A stretch of DNA of 42,433 nt from a virus (lineage: Duplodnaviria; Caudoviricetes), in IMG/VR virus record IMGVR_UViG_3300020355_000006, positions 1 to 42,433 of that record, one strand, 5' to 3'. Below are positions 18,512 through 27,700 of the stretch, piece by piece. The position numbers and the translations under genes were made by a program. The notes under the pieces were generated by a model. It made no database searches. It saw only the letters and a list, made by a program, of their open reading frames with translations, and had not been told where the DNA came from. Position 1 is the first letter of the stretch. The number at the start of each line of letters is the position of its first letter.

Positions 18512-18537
18512 AAACAACTTAATCAGGAGAACATAAA

Positions 18538-18987
18538 ATGGCTGTTACAGCAAACATCAAAGGCACCTCGTTTAACGAGGGCGGCGGAGTAACCTTTACT
18601 TCAAATACTGGAACTTTCGATAAAGGGCAGTTGGTCAGTGGAGGAATAAATCAGAACACGATGGCTTTACCGGCAGACTCAGCTAAGTTTCATAATGACG
18701 CATTGACCCTTTCGATTAATGTTGGTGCAACAACGGCTACACTTGTCGCCGCGACTCCAAATAGATCGGTAGAGGTACTAAGTTACACCATAGTCACCGA
18801 TTCGGCTACTACGGTCACTTGGAAGTCCGACAGTAATTCTCTTTCAGGCGGAATGACCCTTGCAGCCAATGGTGGTATTTCTTCAAACATTGGAGACACC
18901 ACGCTATTTACAAATGCGGGCGAGGCTCTTAAATTAACCAACAGTGCTGGAAACGTTAATGGGCACCTTACCTATAGGATAGTATAA
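18538..18987 (+). CDS. hypothetical virion protein
   Basis: Strong AGGAGAAC RBS; beta-rich composition. Confidence 0.55.
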   Translation: MAVTANIKGTSFNEGGGVTFTSNTGTFDKGQLVSGGINQNTMALPADSAKFHNDALTLSINVGATTATLVAATPNRSVEVLSYTIVTDSATTVTWKSDSNSLSGGMTLAANGGISSNIGDTTLFTNAGEALKLTNSAGNVNGHLTYRIV

Positions 18988-18988
18988 A

Positions 18989-19504
18989 ATGCCTTTAAGT
19001 ATCCCTAGTGGAGTATTTAATACGTACAACGAGGCTGTTGACCTTTTTACTAGGCCAGCAGTTTTGGTGTACCCAGAAAAGAAAGAGCAGTGTCCCAACT
19101 GTTATCTTGACACTATGGGAACAAGAAATAGATCTGTTAGCTTTTACAAGCCCGGAGGACCATATCCGTTTGAGAGGGGTATGCCTTGTCCGTATTGTGG
19201 AGGCAAGGGATACAAGGCAGTAGAGGCGAAGGAAAGCGTTTCTCTCAGGATATACTATGATAGAAAGTCATGGGTGAATATAGGTATACCACTAGAGATA
19301 CCAGACGGTTCAGTACAGACTATTTGCGACATGTCTATTCTACCTAAAATAGAAAAATGTAAGTATATGATACCCCAGTACGACGGAATTCAAAACTACG
19401 ATACTAGTGCTAGATATCAGAGAGGTGGGCCATCATACCCCCAAGGATTTAAGCAAAACCCAACAAAATACGCTGTAACTTTTTGGAATAGAATGAATGG
19501 CTAA
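18989..19504 (+). CDS. putative head-closure protein with zinc-finger insert
   Basis: CPNC and CPYCGGKG motifs; neck-region synteny. Confidence 0.5.
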   Translation: MPLSIPSGVFNTYNEAVDLFTRPAVLVYPEKKEQCPNCYLDTMGTRNRSVSFYKPGGPYPFERGMPCPYCGGKGYKAVEAKESVSLRIYYDRKSWVNIGIPLEIPDGSVQTICDMSILPKIEKCKYMIPQYDGIQNYDTSARYQRGGPSYPQGFKQNPTKYAVTFWNRMNG

Positions 19505-20105
19505 GACTGGACTAAAAATAATAGAGTCAAACAAGACAATAGAGAAAGAAATAAAAAAGGCTCTCTCTAGGGATATTAATGTAGCTCTACTAAAGTCTAC
19601 CAACAAAATTAAAAGCAATCTTATTCCCCCAATTAAGTCGGCACTCTTAAGTTCTCCTGAGATCGTATCTCTTCAAAACGGGCTACTGGCGGCGGAGTTT
19701 GGTTTAACTTATAACCCTGCGTTTGATATTGTTAACGCTGTTTTAGATACTCTTGAAATAGAGGTTCAAAAGGTTGATGCTAATCTTGTGGGTGGAATCA
19801 CTATTACTATGCAGCCTTCTGACTTTGCAAATCTTTTAACGTCCTCATTTGCAGAACAGAAGATAGACGGGGGCAGTATACCTTGGCTTCGTTGGCTACT
19901 TATTGCTGGGGACACAATTTTAATAGCAGACTTTGGCGTTGAGTTTGGTTCATATGGAAGATCTGGCGGTGCCAGAATGAGAAAAAAATTCGCTCCATAT
20001 AAAGTAAATAGTGCTTTTTCCGGTACTGCAAACGATAATTTTATTACAAGAGCCATAGAGAGGGCGGGTTCTCAGATTACAGACATATTAAAAAAGGGAT
20101 TATAA
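19497..20105 (+). CDS. putative neck/tail-completion protein
   Basis: Synteny; C-terminal GTANDNFITRAI resembles HK97 gp10-like ends. Confidence 0.45.
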   Translation: MAKTGLKIIESNKTIEKEIKKALSRDINVALLKSTNKIKSNLIPPIKSALLSSPEIVSLQNGLLAAEFGLTYNPAFDIVNAVLDTLEIEVQKVDANLVGGITITMQPSDFANLLTSSFAEQKIDGGSIPWLRWLLIAGDTILIADFGVEFGSYGRSGGARMRKKFAPYKVNSAFSGTANDNFITRAIERAGSQITDILKKGL

Positions 20106-20108
20106 AAA

Positions 20109-21074
20109 ATGGTAGGAACTCCCGATACAAAGCTCTTATATACAAGCAACGCTCAAGATGCCAAGCTTTCAAATATCCTAATAGATAATTTCATAACCTT
20201 TTATGATTGGGGGTTTTTGGACGCGGGTCAGTTTTACAATATTAGCGTGCCTCAGTCTGGAATATATGGTGGAGACAGACACAAGCTAAGACTAGTGGAC
20301 TCTCCTAATTATACGGCTGGTCAGGTCTGGGAGGGCTATCGACAAAACTGGGTTTGGGAGTCAGGTATAGATGGCACCACTCAGCAACCAATAACCATTT
20401 CTGGCGTCTATGTAGACAATACTTTTTACGCTACGGGTAATGTTACTAAACCATTCTATGTTGATTATCCCAACGGTAGAGTTGTTTTTGATTCAGCGTT
20501 GTCATCAACCAGTTCTGTTCATCTTGAATACAGCCATAAGTGGGTACAAGTTGTTCCCGCACAAGGTATATCTTGGTTCCAACAGTTACAGCAAAGATCT
20601 TTTCGCAACGAAGAGGACTTTCAGGTTTCGGGCTCTGGTGGATGGATGAAGCTTGGTCAAACTAGAGTTCAGCTTCCTGCTATTGCTATTGAGGTTGTTC
20701 CGGCTACATCTGTCAAGCCGTATGCTTTGGGCGGTGGTCAATGGGTTAATAGTGACGTTGTTTTTTATGTGATGGCTGAAAATCACTGGGAATGTACAAA
20801 TATAGTAGATACCATCATAACCCAAAACGATAGATCGTTGACACTATTTGATCCAACTCAAGTGGCTATTTCTGGTGCTTCCCCGTTTAATTACAGGAAC
20901 GAATTAAGGCCCAATGCTATCCCCAGTGGTCTTTACCCTAATCTTGTTCAGTTTCACTCTTGGGATCGTAGAAAATGCTGGATTCACGACTCTAGAGGGT
21001 CTACTATTGTAGAGCTTTCGCCTGATTTATATATGGGAACGGCTCGCTGCACCACTGAAGTTAAACCCTTTTAG
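20109..21074 (+). CDS. putative tail terminator/neck protein
   Basis: Immediately before major tail gene; VDYPNGRVVF and QLPAIAIE motifs. Confidence 0.45.
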   Translation: MVGTPDTKLLYTSNAQDAKLSNILIDNFITFYDWGFLDAGQFYNISVPQSGIYGGDRHKLRLVDSPNYTAGQVWEGYRQNWVWESGIDGTTQQPITISGVYVDNTFYATGNVTKPFYVDYPNGRVVFDSALSSTSSVHLEYSHKWVQVVPAQGISWFQQLQQRSFRNEEDFQVSGSGGWMKLGQTRVQLPAIAIEVVPATSVKPYALGGGQWVNSDVVFYVMAENHWECTNIVDTIITQNDRSLTLFDPTQVAISGASPFNYRNELRPNAIPSGLYPNLVQFHSWDRRKCWIHDSRGSTIVELSPDLYMGTARCTTEVKPF

Positions 21075-21082
21075 AGCGTTTT

Positions 21083-21090
21083 TGTGTATA
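21083..21090 (+). promoter_or_regulatory. putative late promoter motif TGTGTATA
   Basis: Intergenic, 56 nt before the major tail gene. Confidence 0.7.
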
Positions 21091-21138
21091 TAGTAGTGGC
21101 CTTACCAGAGGACAAACTTTAACAGGAGAACATAAAAA

Positions 21139-22143
21139 ATGGCTCGCAATCAAAGAATATTCTATGCTTGTCAAGCTGTCTGTATCGTCGCTGAGGGAGC
21201 AGCTCCTGCTTCCGGAGGTGTCGTCTTGGGCTTGCAGAGTGTTGGCATGTCAGCCAACTTTACTCTAGACCAAGTCTTTGAAATGGGACAGCTTAATATC
21301 TATGAAAATATCGAAGACGTTGCCGATATCGAGGTAACTCTTGAAAAAGTTATCGACGGTGAAAAGCTGATCTTTGACTTGGCTAGTAATGGGGCATGTA
21401 AAACTGACCTCGTTACAGCCTCTAAAAATAAGTGTGATGTTTATCTCGCTATTTATGATGACGGTGTTTCCAACGCTACTGGTGCTCCAAGAAATATCTG
21501 CTGGAACTCTGGAATGTATACATCTTCTGTATCTTATAGTTACAGTGTTGATGGAAGTGCTACTGAGTCCGTTACCCTTGTTGGTAACAACAGATTCTGG
21601 AACTCCGTTAATAACGAAACCAGCACAACAGCAAGTACAAAATGGGGAGCTACTAACCATACCTCTGTATTCAGCGGATCTGATGTTCCTAAGTCTGGTG
21701 TTGTTCGTCGTAACAACGTTGACCTTGAAGGTTCTACATTACCCGCTATTCTCAAAGAGCAAAGGGGTGATGACGCAACTGGACTTGGTGGCGGATTCCA
21801 CATGCAGTCTTGCAGTGTGAGTACTGACATGAGTCAAGAAAACATCTTGGAATTGGGAAGATTTAGCCCCTATACAAGATATGCTACTTTCCCAATCGAA
21901 GTTACCTCAGAATTCGAGATCATTGCTACCTCTGGTGACTTGATGACAGTTTCTGGAAACGGTACTAACCTTTCTAATGAAGAGATCGTGATCAAGGATA
22001 CTGCTGGTACGGTTCTCAACTTGGGAACCAAGAACAAGCTAGCATCTGTTTCTTACTCTGGTGGAGACACCGGTGGTGGAAACGCTACGGTTAGCTACTC
22101 TTTCTCTAACTTCAATAGCTTGACCGTTAACGGCGGTAGCTAA
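21139..22143 (+). CDS. major tail (tube) protein
   Basis: Own promoter motif and strong RBS; GLQSVG...QVFEMG and internally duplicated QSCSVS...ILELG tube-like motifs. Confidence 0.7.
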   Translation: MARNQRIFYACQAVCIVAEGAAPASGGVVLGLQSVGMSANFTLDQVFEMGQLNIYENIEDVADIEVTLEKVIDGEKLIFDLASNGACKTDLVTASKNKCDVYLAIYDDGVSNATGAPRNICWNSGMYTSSVSYSYSVDGSATESVTLVGNNRFWNSVNNETSTTASTKWGATNHTSVFSGSDVPKSGVVRRNNVDLEGSTLPAILKEQRGDDATGLGGGFHMQSCSVSTDMSQENILELGRFSPYTRYATFPIEVTSEFEIIATSGDLMTVSGNGTNLSNEEIVIKDTAGTVLNLGTKNKLASVSYSGGDTGGGNATVSYSFSNFNSLTVNGGS

Positions 22144-22175
22144 TGTAGTTTAACTTTAGGACTTAGGATTTTAAT

Positions 22176-23237
22176 TTGGATGATATTTACTACGAAAGAG
22201 TTCTGAACAGAATTATACAGGGTCGCCTACGCATAAGGCTAGGCGATCTTGTTTTATTTATAGAAGAACCAAGCCAAGAAATATTAGAGGCTTCTTACGA
22301 TATATACGACCAGTATTACGATAAAGCGTATTTTGGTGGTGTGTTCATAGAAGAAGAAATTCTTGAGCTATTGATAAATAATGACCTGTGGAGTCCTCTC
22401 GACGAGAAGGCCGCCAAGGATTACGAGGAAAAGATAGAGGAATTAAAGGTGCAAGCTTTTAAAAATTTCTACAGTGCCAAAAAGCTATTTGGAATAAAAC
22501 GGCAACTGAGACACACAGAGCATCTTCTAGGGCAAGCTATCCACAAAAAGAAACAGTTAAATCATGTTACTTGCAAGGGGATTGCTAATTTCGCCAGAAA
22601 GAGCTGGATAATTTCTAAAACAACAAAAAACGAAGACGGCTCTTTGTTTGATTTTAAAAAGGTTTCTATATCTAGAATTATGGATATATATGGTGAGCAC
22701 GTTATTGATACGGCCACTTTCAGAAAGATAGCTAGATCTCAACCTTTCCGTTCTATGTGGACATCGTCTAAGAAAAGGGGAGACGTTTTTGGTAAACCTT
22801 CTTCGTGCTTGGATGCAAATCAGCTAGCGGTATGCCAATACTCGTCAATGTATGATAATGTGTACGAAAGCCCAGACGCACCTAAAGAGAAAGCAATAGA
22901 GGATGACGATTGTTTAGACGGCTGGTTCATATTACAGAGAAGAAAATATGAAAAAGACAAGAAACAAAGAGAGATTGATGATATGCTGTCTGGAAACGAA
23001 AAGATCAAGAACTCACAAGAGATATTCCTAATGGCCCAAGACCAAGAACAGGCCAATGAAATTTTCGACCTAAATGATCCTTTTGCCAGATCAACAATCA
23101 TAAATAGACAGAACACAATACAAAATGCCAGCGGAGATCTGGTTCACATCAGAGATCTGCCCGACATGCAACAGGATATTAGTATAGCAAGAGTGGCTTC
23201 AACAAAAGCTGCGATGGGAAATATGAACAGGAGATAA
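22176..23237 (+). CDS. hypothetical protein, possible tail assembly chaperone (TTG start)
   Basis: Between tube and tape measure genes. Confidence 0.45.
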   Translation: MDDIYYERVLNRIIQGRLRIRLGDLVLFIEEPSQEILEASYDIYDQYYDKAYFGGVFIEEEILELLINNDLWSPLDEKAAKDYEEKIEELKVQAFKNFYSAKKLFGIKRQLRHTEHLLGQAIHKKKQLNHVTCKGIANFARKSWIISKTTKNEDGSLFDFKKVSISRIMDIYGEHVIDTATFRKIARSQPFRSMWTSSKKRGDVFGKPSSCLDANQLAVCQYSSMYDNVYESPDAPKEKAIEDDDCLDGWFILQRRKYEKDKKQREIDDMLSGNEKIKNSQEIFLMAQDQEQANEIFDLNDPFARSTIINRQNTIQNASGDLVHIRDLPDMQQDISIARVASTKAAMGNMNRR

Positions 23238-23243
23238 TATGAG

Positions 23244-23651
23244 ATGAATCAGAACCAAGACTACAACTCCTTTCTGCAAAAATCTTTAGACCTTAAAAAG
23301 ATGCGGGAAGAGAGAAAGAAAGAGGTATCTAGAGAGACACTGTTTAAGTCGTCTAAAAAGAAAATACAGACAACGATGATAGGTGCCTTATCTACTATAG
23401 AAGAGGGTTTTGGATTTTTGTGGGGTTTTGATCCAGATGGGGACACTGAGTTAACAGAGGAACAAAGACACTTAAAGGAGATATATGAAGAAGCCAGAGC
23501 TAAAATACTAGATAGAGGAAACACCCAGATAAGAAATCTGGAAATAGAATTTAGTAACTATGATATCAACAGAAAAAAACATTACATAAACTTGCCGGTT
23601 AAAGAACCCGGTCAACCCAATAGAAACTTAGGAGAAAAAAATGACGGATAA
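23244..23651 (+). CDS. hypothetical protein
   Basis: ORF track; in operon. Confidence 0.6.
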   Translation: MNQNQDYNSFLQKSLDLKKMREERKKEVSRETLFKSSKKKIQTTMIGALSTIEEGFGFLWGFDPDGDTELTEEQRHLKEIYEEARAKILDRGNTQIRNLEIEFSNYDINRKKHYINLPVKEPGQPNRNLGEKNDG

Positions 23652-24633
23652 TGTAATTATTTCAAGCGAAGATAAAGATGGAAACGAAGTCAAAGTTATG
23701 CTTAAAACGGCTAGTGCTCAAGAGTATAGAGACTCTCAGGTCGAGTATAACAAAGCCTTTAGAAAGGCACTTGACTCTGGTGCTCTTTTGAGACAAAAAC
23801 TTTCTGATTACATGGAAGCACAAGGAATCTGGAACGAAGAAAAACAAAAACAAAACGATGCATACGTACAAAAGATAACCGAAATGGAAACGACTCTTAA
23901 GGGTGGTGGTATTCGTTTATCAGAGGCCAAAGCTATAGCACTGGAACTTAGAACTGTCAGGGCTCAGTTCAGAGACTTCTTGTCTGAAAGAAATACGCTT
24001 GACCAAAACTCAGCAGAGGGACAGGCAGATAATGCTAGGTTTGCAGAACTTGTTAGACTTTGTATGCTTAACCCAAACACTAGAGAGCCTTATTTTCCAA
24101 CACAAGATGACTACGATAAATCCGCAGATCAGCCTTGGGTTATGGAGGCTGCTGGTCAACTAGCGAATATGATTTATGGTCTTGATCCAGATTATGACAC
24201 CAAACTAACAGAAAACAAGTTTCTGAAGGAGTTTGAATTTGTCGATGAGGATCTACGTCTTGTCAACGAAGAGGGGCACTTAGTTGATTCAGAAGGTAGA
24301 CTAATTAGCGAAGAGGGTCGTTATGTTGCCTACAAAACCAAGAAGGCCCAGAAAGATCAGGACATTGATAAGCGTTATTACGTCAACAGGGATGGCGAAG
24401 AACTTGTCGAAGTCGAAGACGAAGATGGTAATATTTCTTGGGAAAAGGTTGGAACCGAAGCGAGAAAGCCATTCTTAGACGACAAAGGTCAGCCTGTAGA
24501 GCCTCCAAAGGTTGCCGTTGAAGAGCCCGAAGCTGCCGATGCTACCGAAGAAGAGGTAGCGGAAGAGACCGTGGAAGAAAAGCCTAAAAGAAGGAGAAAA
24601 ACTACTAAGGCAGAAACTGACACAGAAGCCTAA
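23641..24633 (+). CDS. hypothetical protein, possible tail assembly chaperone
   Basis: AGGAG RBS; directly upstream of TMP; short xxEG/DG repeats. Confidence 0.5.
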   Translation: MTDNVIISSEDKDGNEVKVMLKTASAQEYRDSQVEYNKAFRKALDSGALLRQKLSDYMEAQGIWNEEKQKQNDAYVQKITEMETTLKGGGIRLSEAKAIALELRTVRAQFRDFLSERNTLDQNSAEGQADNARFAELVRLCMLNPNTREPYFPTQDDYDKSADQPWVMEAAGQLANMIYGLDPDYDTKLTENKFLKEFEFVDEDLRLVNEEGHLVDSEGRLISEEGRYVAYKTKKAQKDQDIDKRYYVNRDGEELVEVEDEDGNISWEKVGTEARKPFLDDKGQPVEPPKVAVEEPEAADATEEEVAEETVEEKPKRRRKTTKAETDTEA

Positions 24634-24637
24634 TAAT

Positions 24638-24645
24638 TGTGTAAT
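24638..24645 (+). promoter_or_regulatory. putative late promoter motif variant TGTGTAAT
   Basis: Intergenic, 76 nt before TMP start. Confidence 0.55.
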
Positions 24646-24713
24646 AAATGTAGGGATGGCATTGTAGGAAAAAACTAGCATTTTTCTTACGTAAAACTAT
24701 TAAGAAGGCAAAA

Positions 24714-27700
24714 ATGGCAGGTTTCAACTTAACGGCACAGATTCAGTTACAGGCACCAACCAATGTTAGCCAAGTAGCAAACCAGATAAAAAGTCAGCTC
24801 GGCAACGTCACTACAACAGTAAACGTGCAGAGCAACGCTAAAAGTCTGGCTGCTATAAATGGTCAATTGCAGTCTGTGGACAAAACCGCCAAGAACTCTG
24901 CCAAGAGTATGAACCTTCTCAATAGGAATATTGCAGAGGCTGCCCGTAGGTTCAGTGTTATAACTGTTGCTACGGGTGCCTTTATAGGCATGGCCAGAGC
25001 CATCAAAAATTCTGTTGGTGCAGCAATAGAGTTTGAAAGAGAGATGGTTAAGATCTCTCAGGTTACTGGCAAATCTGTTAAAGAGCTTAAGGGCCTATCT
25101 GACGAAGTTACACGAATATCTACAACAATGGGGGTAGCCAACGCTAGTCTATTGGAAACCGCTAGAGTTTTATCTCAAGCCGGTCTAAGTGCCCTAAAAA
25201 CAAAACAGGCCATGGAAGTGTTAGCTAACACTACCCTAGCTCCTAGTTTTGACAACATTATAGATACCACCGAAGGTGCTATTGCTATCCTCAATCAGTT
25301 TGGTAGAGAGGCAGCAAAGACAGGACAAGACATCAGATTTCTTGAGGCTTCTCTCGACGCCATCAATGCTGTCTCTAAGAACTTTGCTGTTGAGTCTGCG
25401 GACCTTATTGGTGCTATCAGGCGTACCGGTGGTGTGTTCCAAGCCGCCGGTGGTAATCTAAACGAGCTTATCGCATTGTTCACTTCTGTTAGACAAACTA
25501 CTCGTGAGTCTGCGGAGACGATTGCAACCGGTTTTAGAACTATCTTTACTAGGTTGCAGCGTACTGAAACTATAGACGCCTTAGAACAACTGGGTATAAG
25601 CCTTTCTGATGCCGAGGGCAAGTTTGTCGGTCCATTGAAAGCTGTCGAAGCCCTAGCCGCTGGCTTGGCTGGATTAGACCCAAAAGACGTTAGATTTAAT
25701 GAAATCGTCGAGCAGCTTGGTGGTTTTCGTCAGATCGGTAAAGTTATTCCTCTTATCAAACAATATGCTGTTGCTGAACAGGCCTTGGCCGTCGCCAACA
25801 ACTCTATGGGGTCAACATCTAAAGACGCACAAACCGCACAGCAGTCGCTAGCAGTTCAATTCCAGAAGGTCGCAGAATCCTTCGATGCTCTTATGCGTAA
25901 GTTTACAGGCAGCGATACATTTCAATCCATTGCTAAGACAGTATTGTCACTAGCGGATGCGTTTTTAAGTTTTGCCTCGTCTCTGGAGAACGTGTTACCT
26001 CTATTAACCTCTGTTGCGGCAATCAAGTTGGGCAAGAACTTGGCTCCCGGTTTAGTAAGTCTATTTGGTGGCGGTGGTGGTGGCGGCAGCGTTTCTAAGT
26101 TTGCCAGAGGTGGTTTTGTTCCGGGTACTGGAAACAGAGACACTGTTCCCGCAATGCTTACTCCCGGCGAATTTGTTATCAAAAAGAGTAGTGCTGCTAA
26201 GCTGGGTGCCGCTCAACTTCATGCAATGAATGAAAACAGATTTAACGATGGAGCAGAAATCAGAGAAGAGTTATCGGCAAACAGAAGAGCGTTTAAGAAC
26301 GTGAAGGGCATCAAGGGAAAGGGTTCAGAAGGTGCCTCTGTTCGTCTTGTTGAAGAACTATCGGACGATATCAAAGCCAAGCTAGAATCTGGAGAAATGA
26401 ACACCTATACCGGTGCCTTCCTAAGACCTGAAGGAAGAGACAAGCAGGTCATGGGTAAATTAGGCAAGGGTGCTATAGGTGCATCAATTAACGCTAACGA
26501 GAGGATCGCCGCCCTAAAGACAGCCGCCAAGAAAAAGAATGCTAATTCGGTCGTAAAGGAACTAAACGCTGAAGTAAAAGAAATGATCAACGCTACTCAG
26601 GGTGTTGAGAGTGGGTTTATGTTAGCGGCTGGCTCGCTAGAGCCTACTATAGCCCTTGGTATGGAAGAGACAATTCTAGAGGGCGTTAGAGACACAGTGC
26701 AGTCCGCCACAGCACAAATTGGGGGCGAACTAGGAAGTAGGTCGATTCCGGATCAGGCCAAAATACTTAAAACTGCAAATATAGATAATGTTGTTGGAAA
26801 TCTATTTGAGGCATCGTTACTTAGCTTTGGAAGTAGCCCTCCTTACGACAGATCTGCTAGTGAAGACTTTGACTTTCCTTCTGGACTGGGTAGCGGTCTT
26901 GCGGAACAGTTTGGATTGTCCAAATATGCCAGTAATCCCGGTGATGCAAAGTCCTCGTTTACTAATGACAATGTTGCTAGTTTCACTAAGAAGGTGGAAA
27001 ACTTTGAGACAAAAGAGGCATTGAATTCAATTCAAGGAGTGATTGATAAAAAGATAGGGCAAGCTATAGCTGCTCTTCCCGCAGACGCAAGCAATACAGA
27101 AGTTGCAAGAGAGCTAGGATTAGCGGGCAAGAATTATTCAGCCGCCGCTAGCGATCTTGGGTCACAACTGAGACCATCCAAAAAAGCCACAGGTGGAAGC
27201 GTATCGGGCAGAGACAGCGTTCCTTCACTATTGACGCCCGGTGAGTATGTTATAAATAAGTCGGCGGCACAAAGTATTGGATACACCAACCTACATAAGA
27301 TGAACAAAACTGGGGTCGCTAAATTCAATAAAGGTGGTGCGGTTGGTATTCAAAGTTTTGCAAACGGTGGCTCGGTGGAGTCGGGTGATTTTGGGCTAAC
27401 GTCCATAAAAGACTTGGCACTAGTTAACGCTGCTGCAAAAAAGAACGCCGCCGCTTTTGATGCTATCACATCAGAACTAGATCGAATGAACTTAGATCCA
27501 GAAGCTCAACGTGCAGCTTTGGTTAAGTTTGCTAGAAGTGTGGATTCTGTCGCGGATGAAGCCGAACTCTTGGATCAAGCTATGCTTGCTGCACACCGTG
27601 ATATTACATCGGCTGGACCGGGAGCACAAAGAACCGGTAAGAAACCTTCGGGAGCCGCTGGTGCTGGAGGCATAGATGATAGCGATAAGGGTGCTCTCAG

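Noticed and set aside
22176-24633. Programmed -1 frameshift of tail assembly chaperones
   Set aside because: No convincing slippery site found at the ORF ends; the downstream ORFs have their own ATG starts
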